Shown here: positions 37,576 to 48,055 of the stretch, piece by piece
Layout of the letters: the number at the start of each line of letters is the position of its first letter
Numbering within the stretch: position 1 is the stretch's first letter
From: Candidatus Poseidoniaceae archaeon
GTDB lineage: Archaea; Thermoplasmatota; Poseidoniia; Poseidoniales; Poseidoniaceae
DNA: 64,000 nucleotides
Direction: 5' to 3'
Assembly: GCA_938075675.1 (NCBI GenBank)
Contig: CALJHE010000022.1
Location: forward strand, 8,135 to 72,134
The notes under the pieces: generated by a model
Told to the model about the DNA's origin: nothing
The model's input: the letters and a program-made list of their open reading frames with translations, nothing else
The model's database searches: none
Translations under genes and position numbers: made by a program

Positions 37576-38700
37576 ATGTCAATGACTCGAACACTTGTTT
37601 TAACCGTCGACCGAGATAATGACCTCGGCGTTAAGACTGGAATTCGTGGACCGGTCGTCGGTCGCCGTCAAGTAATGGCTGCAGCCCTAAAACTTGGAAT
37701 CGCAGACCCTGAAGAAAGCGATACAAATGCAATTCTTGGAGCGTTATCTCAGCACGACAACCTCGCTGAAAACAATGCAGAAGAGGAAGAAGTGGAAATT
37801 GCAATCCTTACGGGGGATGAAAAAGTCGGGATTCGCTCTGACCGAGCGGTTGCTGCCCAATTGGAAGAAGTCGTGGCAGCATTCCAGCCAGACAAAGCAA
37901 TCCTGGTTACCGACGGTGCAGAGGATGAATCTGTTCTTCCGATTATACAATCTCAAGTTCGCATAGACCACGTTGAGAAAATCATAGTGAAGCAATCAAA
38001 GGGTATCGAAGGAACCTACTATTACATCGTGAAAGCACTTGAAGATCCAAAGTGGAGAGCGAAGATTATGATTCCAGTTGGGCTTGTAATGGCGCTGTTT
38101 GGGCTTGGAATCATGCTGCCAAATGAAATCGGTGGAATTGTCATCGGTGGACTGCCGCTTGTTACTGGATTGTACTTACTAAGTAAGGGCGCTGGAATTG
38201 AAACGACCGTTAACAAAGTGATTCAAGAAATGCGAGACAATGCCGATGCTGCAATGTTCTCATCGCTTTTGTGGACGGCAACCTTGTTTAGCGCCATTTT
38301 CGCTGTAGCTGAAGGCTACCGTGAATACAGTGCTCAAATTCTTTCTGAGAGTTCATCCGTTGTATGGCTTGAAGTCGTTCATTCTGCCCTCGCATGGATC
38401 GTTATCGCCTTCTTGACCTCGACTGCCGGATTCATGTTGCTGCGATTGAAGCGGGGTTCGTTTTCTGGCCGGCTGTTGGTACTCGGTATCTTTGGTATGG
38501 TCGTTTACTCATTCGTCGACACCGCTCTGGACATTGCAATCCGTGTTCTGCTTGGCGAGTCCTATGAATTCAGCGTCTCAGTCATCATTGACGATTTGCA
38601 GTACCCAATGATTTGGGTTGTTGTGTTGTGGATGGCAATGACCATTGTTCGTTCGCTAAGAACCCGTCAAGCGCAGACTGAGCGCTACTGGGGAATCTGA
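37576..38700 (+). CDS. DUF373 family membrane protein
   Basis: LVL.VDRDNDLG.K, ADPEESD.N, VTDGAEDE, VKQS..IE.TYY. Confidence 0.9.
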   Translation: MSMTRTLVLTVDRDNDLGVKTGIRGPVVGRRQVMAAALKLGIADPEESDTNAILGALSQHDNLAENNAEEEEVEIAILTGDEKVGIRSDRAVAAQLEEVVAAFQPDKAILVTDGAEDESVLPIIQSQVRIDHVEKIIVKQSKGIEGTYYYIVKALEDPKWRAKIMIPVGLVMALFGLGIMLPNEIGGIVIGGLPLVTGLYLLSKGAGIETTVNKVIQEMRDNADAAMFSSLLWTATLFSAIFAVAEGYREYSAQILSESSSVVWLEVVHSALAWIVIAFLTSTAGFMLLRLKRGSFSGRLLVLGIFGMVVYSFVDTALDIAIRVLLGESYEFSVSVIIDDLQYPMIWVVVLWMAMTIVRSLRTRQAQTERYWGI

Positions 38701-38701
38701 T

Positions 38702-39280
38702 TCACAGGATGAACTTCGGCATCTTTCTGGCCATTGTATTGTGGCCTACAACACCAATGAGAGCACCCTTTGCATCGACTACACCGATTTGATTCAAGTC
38801 GTGAGCGAGCATCAATGCGCCTGCTTTGAGAAGTGGGGTGCTTTCGTTAACAGTAATTGGTGGTTGGTTGACCAGTTGCTGTGCAGGAATCCCATGCATC
38901 CACGCAATATCCCTGTTGACGGTTTTTCGAGCGATGATTTTCAAAACATCAACGGCGTGAATTCTTCCTTGTGGAGCCCCTTCACTGTCAATCACAAAGA
39001 TGTGGTCCCAGTTGTTTTCTGTCAGGCTGTCAATCACTTCGACCATCGAACTGTCATCCCAAATCCAATGCGGTTGAGTCATTGTCTCGCCGCACGTAAT
39101 CGAACGAGCTGTAGCAGAACGCTCACTTGCAGTCATTCGAGATAGAACGGCGCGGGTAAACTTTCGCGGTTTGGATTGTGGCATCTTCAAGACTCCCTTA
39201 TTCCGCCGGCGCACGCGCTTCACTTTCAAGGGTTTCGACGACATGTTGTCTTCCACATCCAAGTCTTGGCTTTCCGGCAT
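38702..39280 (-). CDS. CBS domain protein
   Basis: Tandem CBS pair after a basic N-terminus; start taken at MPESQ. Confidence 0.75.
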   Translation of the reverse strand: MPESQDLDVEDNMSSKPLKVKRVRRRNKGVLKMPQSKPRKFTRAVLSRMTASERSATARSITCGETMTQPHWIWDDSSMVEVIDSLTENNWDHIFVIDSEGAPQGRIHAVDVLKIIARKTVNRDIAWMHGIPAQQLVNQPPITVNESTPLLKAGALMLAHDLNQIGVVDAKGALIGVVGHNTMARKMPKFIL

Positions 39281-39343
39281 CCGGCGTAATCGGCCGACAC
39301 AATATAAGTGAACAATCAAGACACATGTGTTCGTGTGGTGAGC

Positions 39344-39766
39344 ATGGCAGGTGTCCCGGAGCATGTTCTCGCCGCACTACGCGCACTCTCAGGTTACGAG
39401 CAAATGCTGGAAATGGACCGGATAATGGGTCAATTCGGCATAAGCGAGGCCGAGTTGTTGGCATTGTTACAACCGAACGGTGTCGGAACTGTACCAGCGC
39501 CGGCCCAAACTCAGCCCTACAATCCATCGGCACCGTTTGTACCGGGAGTCAAGGAAGCACCAACACTTCCGCCACCGGTGGCAGTTTTGGATAAATCAAA
39601 ACTACGATTTGAATACGACCCTTCTCAAGAGGCTGCTCAGCGTCGCGCATCAATTGCCCAAGCCATCGCCTGCCCAGGGTGCGGGGCTGCTCTAGGAATT
39701 CCAGATGTACGACCAATCAAAGTCATCTGCCCGCAATGTCTTCAAGAAACGGTATTCGGTGCTTAA
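39344..39766 (+). CDS. hypothetical protein with C-terminal zinc ribbon
   Basis: IACPGCGAAL..P..RP..V.CPQC. Confidence 0.7.
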   Translation: MAGVPEHVLAALRALSGYEQMLEMDRIMGQFGISEAELLALLQPNGVGTVPAPAQTQPYNPSAPFVPGVKEAPTLPPPVAVLDKSKLRFEYDPSQEAAQRRASIAQAIACPGCGAALGIPDVRPIKVICPQCLQETVFGA

Positions 39767-39803
39767 TCGCTGAATTGATGAGGGTGAGTGTGGAGGGTCG
39801 GTC

Positions 39804-40613
39804 ATGGAGAACGCTTCACCTCGACTTTGGACATATACTCCATCCAATTCACCGGTTGCTCTACCAAAAGAGCCTCTGTTTTTCAATTCCAGCGAATTGC
39901 TCACATTACGATTCCCAGACAACACTCCACAAGAAATCCTATCTGGGAAAAATCTACAGGAGTACTGTTCGTCCTTCGTATCTGAAAAAGGAACTGTTGA
40001 TGAATTGTTATCGCTTCATGAAAGTCCCCCTATGGCTCAACGTAGGCCATTTTTGCTGCTTGGAGAGCTTGCGAACCCCTATCGCTTACAAGACATTGGA
40101 GTCGGCCCAATGCCGATTTTAACGGTTCGAATCACCGATTTATGCCGCACCTATGCTGATGCTCTTGACAACAGAGAAGTCGTACCAGGCGTGCATCACA
40201 TCACGCTCGCTCGAACTGAAGGTTGGTGGGAAAAGTCCCATGTTGGAATGGCAACCGTTGAACAGATGAAACACATGGTCGCCTGGCTTGACCAAGGTCG
40301 AAAAGGGACTTGGAAGCCCGTTCGCCCGGCTGAAGGTGGACTTTATTTCGAAACACAACAAATCAACCCACCGAGTCCCGAAGAGATCCAATGGGACGGA
40401 CATAGAGAGGTTGTTGATTCATCACCTCCGGAAGTCACTGGCCCCCAAATCGATTTGAAAACGGTCATGGTGCCCGTGCACACGAATTACGGCTGCTACG
40501 ATAACCGTGGAAGGTTTGCACGGTGTGCCCATATTAGTCAGCGTGATTTTCATGACAACATGTTCCGTCGCGGGTCATCTAAAAAGTGGAATGACATTCT
40601 CGATATATGTTGA
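39804..40613 (+). CDS. hypothetical protein
   Basis: 269-aa ATG ORF; no family recognised. Confidence 0.7.
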   Translation: MENASPRLWTYTPSNSPVALPKEPLFFNSSELLTLRFPDNTPQEILSGKNLQEYCSSFVSEKGTVDELLSLHESPPMAQRRPFLLLGELANPYRLQDIGVGPMPILTVRITDLCRTYADALDNREVVPGVHHITLARTEGWWEKSHVGMATVEQMKHMVAWLDQGRKGTWKPVRPAEGGLYFETQQINPPSPEEIQWDGHREVVDSSPPEVTGPQIDLKTVMVPVHTNYGCYDNRGRFARCAHISQRDFHDNMFRRGSSKKWNDILDIC

Positions 40614-40695
40614 GGAACAATCTGTCAGGATGGGGGCCCATGGCACTCCCACGCCGCATTGTTATAATGTGGAGAACAAATTATACATGGGAACT

Positions 40696-40947
40696 ATGAA
40701 AGGAATTGGCGTACAAAAACAGGCTCGACTTAACCGATTGAAAAATGAGATTGTTGAATATGTATCATCTCAACCGCAGTGTTCAGCTGCAGATATTGTT
40801 GATCATCTTTCAAATGAACGTAAAATGCGTAACCACGGCCTAACTGCGCGTAAGGTCGGTTTCTTCATACCGAGATATCTTTCAGAGATGATCGGTTTCA
40901 CGCTCGACCATTCCACAGGTAAGCGACTTTACCATCTTGCTGCTTAA
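40696..40947 (+). CDS. small winged-helix DNA-binding protein
   Basis: EIVEYVSSQPQCSAADIVDHLS...LTARKVGFFIPRYL...GKRLY. Confidence 0.65.
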   Translation: MKGIGVQKQARLNRLKNEIVEYVSSQPQCSAADIVDHLSNERKMRNHGLTARKVGFFIPRYLSEMIGFTLDHSTGKRLYHLAA

Positions 40948-40989
40948 AATCAACACTAAGTTCATGCGAGGGAGTCGACTGCATCAACC

Positions 40990-41697
40990 ATGGAATGGCC
41001 GGATGCGCTGCCCTCGGCAATGGAACTGTTTCCATCGATGTTTCATGATTCCACTCCTGTAGGCCCCTGTCCATCACTCCCTACCACTGATGCGGTTTTT
41101 TCCATCTTGCAGCCTGAACACCCGAATGGCTTGAAGGCGCAACTGACTAAACTTGTCACCTCTTTCGCTGCCTCTCCCCAAAACCCAACCCTTTGTGGAG
41201 CAACAATCGATGAATCCGCCGGGCCGGTCATCGTTGAACAGAGTGCGCGTATTGAGCCTGGTTCACACCTTATCGGTCCGTGTTATGTTGGCCACCATGC
41301 CGAAATACGGCACGCAGCCTATGTTCGCCAATTTTCTTGGATCTGTTCCAAAGCAGTGGTCGGCCATGCATCAGAAACCAAACACTCGATTCTTCTACCG
41401 GGGGCTAAAGCACCGCACTTCAATTATGTCGGCGATTCGATACTCGGGACTGGGGTGAACCTTGGAGCAGGTACAAAAATCAGCAATCTGCGGAACGATG
41501 GCGGAGAAGTCCATCTCCGATTGGACGGAGCAAGAGTTGGGAGTGGGCTAAGAAAATTCGGCGCAATTCTTGGCGAACGTTGTCAACTCGGTTGCAACAG
41601 CGTCACAAACCCTGGCGTCATTCTCGGTTGCGATTCACAAGTTCATCCAAACACAACGGTCACTGGAGTCTATTCAGCTGGGTCTCGACATGGGTGA
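40990..41697 (+). CDS. hexapeptide-repeat acetyltransferase resembling the GlmU C-terminal domain
   Basis: APHFNYVGDSILG..VNLGAGT..SN, KFGAILG...LGCNSVTNPG. Confidence 0.8.
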   Translation: MEWPDALPSAMELFPSMFHDSTPVGPCPSLPTTDAVFSILQPEHPNGLKAQLTKLVTSFAASPQNPTLCGATIDESAGPVIVEQSARIEPGSHLIGPCYVGHHAEIRHAAYVRQFSWICSKAVVGHASETKHSILLPGAKAPHFNYVGDSILGTGVNLGAGTKISNLRNDGGEVHLRLDGARVGSGLRKFGAILGERCQLGCNSVTNPGVILGCDSQVHPNTTVTGVYSAGSRHG

Positions 41698-41701
41698 GCA
41701 T

Positions 41702-43330
41702 ATGGTTCAACGCTTGTTCGGAACCGATGGTATACGCGGAAAAATAGCACCTGCTGCACTCAACGAGAAAACAGCGCTTACCGCACTGCATGAGAGGAGA
41801 AGTGTATGCCCGACCCTCATGCGACTTGTTGGTGAAGCATTAGGTCATCTCATCGATACACTACCAGGGGGGGGTGAACATGTTGTCATTGGTTGGGATC
41901 AACGACCCGGCAACAAAGAATTGGTCGAAGGCATCACATTGGGATTGCGGTTGGCAGGATGTGAGGTGACGCACATCGGTGTGTGTGCTACTCCTGCACT
42001 GCATTATGCTGTTTTGTGGCACAAAGCTCGAATGGGCTGCATGATGACTGCAAGCCATAATCCTGCTACCGATTCTGGAATCAAAGTCTTTGATTCAAAC
42101 GGCTACAAGACATCTCCAGCACTCGAAGATGAAATCTCATCGATCGCTTATGCGCTGAGTGAAGAGGAACGGGAAATTGACCAAATTGACATTCGAGAAC
42201 TCTCGCAGCCCAGCAAAACTGCCATCGAAAACTGGGCGGATAAGCACCATTCTGAATGGTTGACCACTCGATTTGCTTTGCTCAAGCGATTGTTTGGTAT
42301 CAAAGAAGAAGTTTACCCGTTCTTACAACAACCACTGATGCTTGATTCTTCGAAGGGTTCGGGCAGCACATGGCTGGCAAATTGGCTTTCTGAAAATGGA
42401 ATCCATGCTGTGGAAATCAGCCAAGACGCTATGGAATTGAACATGAATTGCGGGGCTGGAGATTTCTCTCCAACTGCAACATGGACCTTCGAACAGGCGG
42501 CACAGTCCGACCACCTTTTACTCAAACAACTCAAACCGGCAGCTCCGGGGACCGTTGTTGGTGCTGCACTCGACGGCGATGGAGACCGATGTTTAATCGT
42601 TGAAGCGACTGAACATGGCTACAAAATCATTGATGGTGATGCGATGGCGGACACCATTGCGGTTGCAGGCCACCGTCAATCAGCCGAATGGATTGTGGCA
42701 GCAAGTATCGAATCGGATTTGGCACTTCTTTCATCGATGAATCGACTTTCCCCCGCAACCAAAACGATTGAGACGGCAGTCGGCGACCGTTGGCTCTCTC
42801 ATGCGTTGCGTGAACATCTTTCTGAGACGGATAACATGCCTGCGATGATTGGAGTCGAGGATTCTGGACACGCTGTATTGCCTTCGCCTCACCCCCATTC
42901 AAGCGGCGATTGGAGTTTGGTTGGCGACGGAGCGGGCACGCTGATTTCATACCTCTTAGCGCGCAGCGTTGCCGATGAAAAATCGCTCATGAACCGTGGA
43001 TGGAAGCAGCGTGAATCGGTGAAAAGGGTCAACCGCGCTCTTTGGGATGGAATGAATCAACTTTCAGACGAAGTCGAGCACTTAGCCAAGACTCATTTTG
43101 AATCGTGCGGCCGAGTTACACAATGGCAGAGAAAAAGGCTCGAAGGTGAAGCAAACCTCATGCTAATCGAAGCACATATCGATGACCAGTTACTGTCGCT
43201 TGGAATCCGCAACAGTGGCACTCAAGACAAGATAAGCGTCTCACTACGTCTCGAGGCTGGGATGGAGCACGAAAAGGTGTCCGAAGTTCTTCCGTTACTT
43301 ACCCGGCATCTTGCTGAAGCGATGCGATGA
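41702..43330 (+). CDS. glmM: phosphoglucosamine mutase / phosphohexomutase
   Basis: LFGTDGIRG, MTASHNP phosphoserine loop, DGDGDR metal loop, VGDR, GVEDSGH. Confidence 0.8.
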   Translation: MVQRLFGTDGIRGKIAPAALNEKTALTALHERRSVCPTLMRLVGEALGHLIDTLPGGGEHVVIGWDQRPGNKELVEGITLGLRLAGCEVTHIGVCATPALHYAVLWHKARMGCMMTASHNPATDSGIKVFDSNGYKTSPALEDEISSIAYALSEEEREIDQIDIRELSQPSKTAIENWADKHHSEWLTTRFALLKRLFGIKEEVYPFLQQPLMLDSSKGSGSTWLANWLSENGIHAVEISQDAMELNMNCGAGDFSPTATWTFEQAAQSDHLLLKQLKPAAPGTVVGAALDGDGDRCLIVEATEHGYKIIDGDAMADTIAVAGHRQSAEWIVAASIESDLALLSSMNRLSPATKTIETAVGDRWLSHALREHLSETDNMPAMIGVEDSGHAVLPSPHPHSSGDWSLVGDGAGTLISYLLARSVADEKSLMNRGWKQRESVKRVNRALWDGMNQLSDEVEHLAKTHFESCGRVTQWQRKRLEGEANLMLIEAHIDDQLLSLGIRNSGTQDKISVSLRLEAGMEHEKVSEVLPLLTRHLAEAMR

Positions 43331-43894
43331 TCATCCTTGTCGGCCTTCGATTGCAGAACTCAACAGAGCCACGGCAGCGATAACTCGGCGGTCCAATGGA
43401 TGTCCAGGGGGGATTGTGATCTGCGTTCTCTTAATCAGAGGATTGAATCTCTGCTGCATGAGAATTTCTGGCTGTCCAGCGACCTCAAAGTGATACTTTG
43501 CCGGGATAAGAGGGATGAAACGTCGTAGTATGGCAATGCTATCTTCAACAAAGGATGCGTAAGGATTTCCAGCAGGGTCATTGATAACCCATGAATCTTT
43601 GAGAATGGACTTCAGTGCTTGGCGCTTAGCAGAGCCAAGGTTTGTACCGTCTTGAGGGCTGAAAATGTCGTAGGTGGTTGCAAGGTCGAACATGGATCGA
43701 GCCTTGATTTGTACCAATGGAACTGTGCAAGATTCGTCGGTATACAAGACGATGTCTTCCTTTAATTTGAAGCGCTTTTGCTTTGAGTAAGCGACGACGT
43801 TGCCCTCCAAATCTTCGAAGTAAAACGCGCCACCGAAAATTCTGAGAAGTTTGGTTCTGATGACGTAGTTATCCATTTCAAAGAGTTGGCTCAT
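43331..43894 (-). CDS. LURP-one/scramblase (Tubby C-like) family protein
   Basis: QKRFKLKEDI.LY.DE.....L..IKARS.FD...TYD pattern. Confidence 0.65.
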   Translation of the reverse strand: MSQLFEMDNYVIRTKLLRIFGGAFYFEDLEGNVVAYSKQKRFKLKEDIVLYTDESCTVPLVQIKARSMFDLATTYDIFSPQDGTNLGSAKRQALKSILKDSWVINDPAGNPYASFVEDSIAILRRFIPLIPAKYHFEVAGQPEILMQQRFNPLIKRTQITIPPGHPLDRRVIAAVALLSSAIEGRQG

Positions 43895-43953
43895 GGTAAC
43901 GACTTTAGCGACGAGTATTTACTGCTTTCCCCGTCAGACCAACTTTCATTCAA

Positions 43954-46900
43954 TCACTCGTTTGCCATTTCACCTTCATATGTTTGTGTAAGGAAAGTTA
44001 CAAACCCGAGCAGAACAGCAGATGCGACCAGTATAGCCAGTAGGACTTCCACTGCAGCCCCTTGAATGATGACGACTGAAGCAACAATCCATGCAAGTAC
44101 CAAATCGAGGGCACCGATGATACGCCAGGATTTGCGTAGAGTGAGAATACCTGAAACCCAAGAGACGGTCGAGGACGCCAAAAGGAGGAGTACGGGGATA
44201 AGGAGATTCCCGTATCCAAAACTCGAACCAATCAGCAAGATATGCATAGCCCAAAGTCCAGCTGGCAGCCACAATCCGAGGCGTTTCTCTACCACCCATG
44301 CCACGAAAACGATGGTGATGAAACCTTGTACGGTTGTAAGAATGGAAAGCGAGGGCATGGGAACAAGTTCTGAAAGCCATGCACTTGTGGCAAGATAGGC
44401 CATTGGCACCAACAGCCAAGCAGTGAGTACGGCTGCGGGCTGCGCCCACCAAACACCACGCCGTGCCCCGACAACAAGTGCAACAAAGGCAGCGGGACCA
44501 AAAGAAATCATTGTGATAAAGAGAATCCAGGCTGAACGCCCTCCAGCCCCTCGGTGATCGTCCATGCCGTGTTGAATGCGTTTACCTTCAACCCAATCGA
44601 AGCCGAAAACGCCTGCAATTAACAATGCCTCAATCATCAAGAACGGTACCGTCCATGTCACCAGCGAGTAATCAGAAAAGAATGGATCAAGGTTGAACGG
44701 TATCGGTACTTCTCCACCAACAACAACACACAGCGCCCGATCCAGTGCTGCAAGATAAACGACGCCTTCAAGGGCATTCGGGATTCGATAACCGAGGTCG
44801 TTTCGGCCGAGAAGACCGAGCCCTGCAAGGGTAACCAGTCCGCCGAAGAAAACAATCAAATGAGTCGCATCCTCAAGTTCTACAACTGAATTTGAGGCTC
44901 GGCCAGCGACATGGACCAGTACCAGGCCGAGCATTGCAAGAGAGATTGGGGCTTCAATGCCCATGATATCCGGTAGCCGCAAACCGATTTGGTTCGCACG
45001 GAGGCGGGAGAGTCCGACAAAGAGCACGGAAATCAGAACGCTGAACAGAAGTGCAAGAAGCGTGGCTCCAGTGGTGAACGAAAGATAAGTGGTGGCGAGA
45101 ATAGTGGTTGCTAAAAAGAGCAGAACAATCGTTGGTTGGTGATGAATATCGCCGACATAAAGGTCCATTTTTCCAGTTGAACCGGCTCTTTTTTGACGCT
45201 TCCTTTGCTTTTCTGCTAGATTCAATAATTCAGAATCGATGAGGCGTAGATTGCTCTTCGGCGTCGCAGCCGTTTCGCCGTCATCGTATTGTTTGCCAAG
45301 TTCAACAACATCCGTATCTTCCATCCCTGCTGATTCAAGGAATGCTTGAATCCTATCCTGCTTTTCTTGAAGGCGTTGGACTCTGTTTTCTTTCTTGGCA
45401 AGCGCTCGAATCCCTGAACGGAACTCGCCTTGAATGGCCAAGTACGCTCCAGACAGCACGAAAGCGACGAGTGAAGTCAATACAACGGATTCAACTGCAA
45501 TCGATTGTCCGGCAAGAGCCATTGAAATGATGAGTCCAATTGCAGTAACTGCAGGTGGAAGGAGTTTTTCCAAGGTTGCAGCACGTACCAAATAGAGCAC
45601 CAAAGAAACCAGACCAACAAGCATCAAAACCAGAAGGTTCATCTCTTGGTCAAACAGATATTCGGAACCTGTTAATGGAACCGTGTTCAGCGGATTCAAC
45701 GCAATCATGATGAAAAAGACGGTGAGGAATCCCATCATCATCGTGAGAAGTTTACCGGGCAAGGCCTCCATATTCTCCAAATCAAATTCGGTTGCTCCGC
45801 GCTCTCGGCTTCTTTCAGAAGCCTTGAGCAGGATTGCGGAGGACGATACCAAAGATAGCGCCCAAAGGGACGATTGCCCATAATTCCATGAAAACAAAAG
45901 AGCAAAAATCCCCCAAACGCCCATCAAGGACTGGGGTTTACCGCGATGTCGTTCAAAATATACCATCAACGAATGCCCGATGAGAAGACCTCCAAGCACA
46001 CCAAGAAGGCCGTAAATCGGCAGGGCGCCTGGCCGAGTAACTGCCCACGTTACAACCAGAGTGAGAAGGAAACTTAGATTCCATAACTTCGCAAAACCAG
46101 AGTCACGCAGTCGGGCTCCAATTTCTGAAAATCCAACGAGCCTTGATGCCAAATTAAGCCCGACTTCCCCGTGGCGAATATTCACCCATATTTGCTGCAC
46201 AACCAGCACGCTCATCCAAAGAAACAAGTCGAATTCATCGATGACAATCGGGAGAAGCTCCACGGAAATAAGACGTGAGTCGACATCTGTGGCAAAGAAC
46301 AGCAGCCAAACCCACGGTCCAATGACCGCTGTTCCAGCAATTGAAGGAGATGAACGAACAACGGCTAATCCGGACAAGCCCAGCCAAATGAAGGCTTGAG
46401 TGACCATAAGGGTGCGGGCTCCGTTGTCCAATTCACCTGCAGGTATCAGAAGTGTTAGAAGTCCAACGACTGCCAAACCACCCAGCCAAATGACGTGGTC
46501 GGAGACGGCGGTTTGGTTTCGAAGGAGGGTCAGTGCCGTAAACAACGAGGTAAGTACAGCATAGACGCTGTACCCATCGAGTCCGAGGGGGAGAGATGAT
46601 GGAAGTACGCCGGAACTGTATATTGCAAGTCCGACCAAAAGGAACGGCATTGGTACAATCAAAAAAGGTGCAATGTCCTTGAAATGAACGCCACGTACGA
46701 CGAGATACGAACCAGAAAAGGCACTAATTAACAGCATCAGTTGAGCGAGCGCATATCCTGTTTCCAAACGATGGGCAGCAATTGCCAACAACGCCCCGAT
46801 CATGCCGAGGCCAACGGAGACTGCCCACAGTGAAGGGTTGCCGAGACCCATGCCCTCGAATGCCTTTGAGAACCAGTTTTCTGCACGTACGAACCGGGCA

Positions 46901-47862
46901 GCAATTGTGGCGTTTGTTGCCGTGACAAAAGCCATGAGCAGGAACAGCAGTAAATCGTCGTCAAAAGAAACGAGTTCCAGACCAAACAATTCCCAATTGT
47001 TCGAAAGAGCGTGGACACCGACCCAGAGGTACGAAGAAGCGATTCCGAGACTCGCCAGATTCCCTGAACCGCGATATACTGCTAAGCCGTGCATCAAGAG
47101 CGTACCTAATGCAATCATGCCGGCGATTCCAACTTCCCCATACAAAGCTCCTGCCGCACTGCCAACCAAGAGAAGAATCAGGGTTGCCTGTGCCGCAATT
47201 GCGTCTTCATCGTGACGCTGAGCAATGAATACGTTCATCGAAACTACGCCGATGAGGCTGATACCAAGCGTCTCACTTGCTCCAAGAGGAGATGCATCAA
47301 ACCACCCCCAATGCCATGCATCGAGAGCAAGCCCATAGAATAATTTCATCGAAATGATAACCCAGGTTACGCCAAGAAGTCTCATGTTTGGATTCGGAAT
47401 CCATCGTTCTCCAAGGTACAACCCCAAAATGCCCATGAAAAGCAGACCTGCTCCACTGAGAAGTTCTGGTAAAACGGTTCCAACCAATGCTCCAATGGCT
47501 GACCAAATGAAGACCATTGCCACCAATAGGCCGAGGCTTAGGCGTTTTTCGCCGTGCACAGCCAAATCGGTTACGCTGTCCATCTCCGGCGGCTTCTCAA
47601 CGGTTCCATCGCTCTGAACTGCTCCGGCTACGGTCGACTCTTCATCTCCGGAAGTGAACAAAGGTGAAATCTCGCCAACTGCAATGTCCTCAACACCAGA
47701 ATCGGTTGCGATTGGCTGAGGAGTTCTCTCGTCCTCCATATCGACCATGAACGAATTGATGTCAACTCCTTTCGCACGCTGGAAGGCGCGTTTGCGGACC
47801 ATCTCATCGCGAGATGAGGTGGGGGGCGGCGTAGAACGGCGCCCCTTCGACTCATCTGTCAT
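43954..47862 (-). CDS. very large polytopic membrane protein
   Basis: About 1300 aa with roughly 30 hydrophobic segments; start taken at MTDESK. Confidence 0.75.
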   Translation of the reverse strand: MTDESKGRRSTPPPTSSRDEMVRKRAFQRAKGVDINSFMVDMEDERTPQPIATDSGVEDIAVGEISPLFTSGDEESTVAGAVQSDGTVEKPPEMDSVTDLAVHGEKRLSLGLLVAMVFIWSAIGALVGTVLPELLSGAGLLFMGILGLYLGERWIPNPNMRLLGVTWVIISMKLFYGLALDAWHWGWFDASPLGASETLGISLIGVVSMNVFIAQRHDEDAIAAQATLILLLVGSAAGALYGEVGIAGMIALGTLLMHGLAVYRGSGNLASLGIASSYLWVGVHALSNNWELFGLELVSFDDDLLLFLLMAFVTATNATIAARFVRAENWFSKAFEGMGLGNPSLWAVSVGLGMIGALLAIAAHRLETGYALAQLMLLISAFSGSYLVVRGVHFKDIAPFLIVPMPFLLVGLAIYSSGVLPSSLPLGLDGYSVYAVLTSLFTALTLLRNQTAVSDHVIWLGGLAVVGLLTLLIPAGELDNGARTLMVTQAFIWLGLSGLAVVRSSPSIAGTAVIGPWVWLLFFATDVDSRLISVELLPIVIDEFDLFLWMSVLVVQQIWVNIRHGEVGLNLASRLVGFSEIGARLRDSGFAKLWNLSFLLTLVVTWAVTRPGALPIYGLLGVLGGLLIGHSLMVYFERHRGKPQSLMGVWGIFALLFSWNYGQSSLWALSLVSSSAILLKASERSRERGATEFDLENMEALPGKLLTMMMGFLTVFFIMIALNPLNTVPLTGSEYLFDQEMNLLVLMLVGLVSLVLYLVRAATLEKLLPPAVTAIGLIISMALAGQSIAVESVVLTSLVAFVLSGAYLAIQGEFRSGIRALAKKENRVQRLQEKQDRIQAFLESAGMEDTDVVELGKQYDDGETAATPKSNLRLIDSELLNLAEKQRKRQKRAGSTGKMDLYVGDIHHQPTIVLLFLATTILATTYLSFTTGATLLALLFSVLISVLFVGLSRLRANQIGLRLPDIMGIEAPISLAMLGLVLVHVAGRASNSVVELEDATHLIVFFGGLVTLAGLGLLGRNDLGYRIPNALEGVVYLAALDRALCVVVGGEVPIPFNLDPFFSDYSLVTWTVPFLMIEALLIAGVFGFDWVEGKRIQHGMDDHRGAGGRSAWILFITMISFGPAAFVALVVGARRGVWWAQPAAVLTAWLLVPMAYLATSAWLSELVPMPSLSILTTVQGFITIVFVAWVVEKRLGLWLPAGLWAMHILLIGSSFGYGNLLIPVLLLLASSTVSWVSGILTLRKSWRIIGALDLVLAWIVASVVIIQGAAVEVLLAILVASAVLLGFVTFLTQTYEGEMANE

Positions 47863-48055
47863 AACTTGCTCTTCCAAGAAGTCCCCTTCAATGCTTTCGC
47901 CGGATGCTGGTTTCGGCAGGGTTTTCCCGAGGTGTTGAAAAAACACCACAGAAATCTCTAATGTGCCGCCATACCTCGATTTTTACAAAGGAAACCCGGT
48001 TCAAAAGAAATGTTACAGCCAAAAGGGACAAAGAGGGCCCGCGGAAGGGGGTGGC

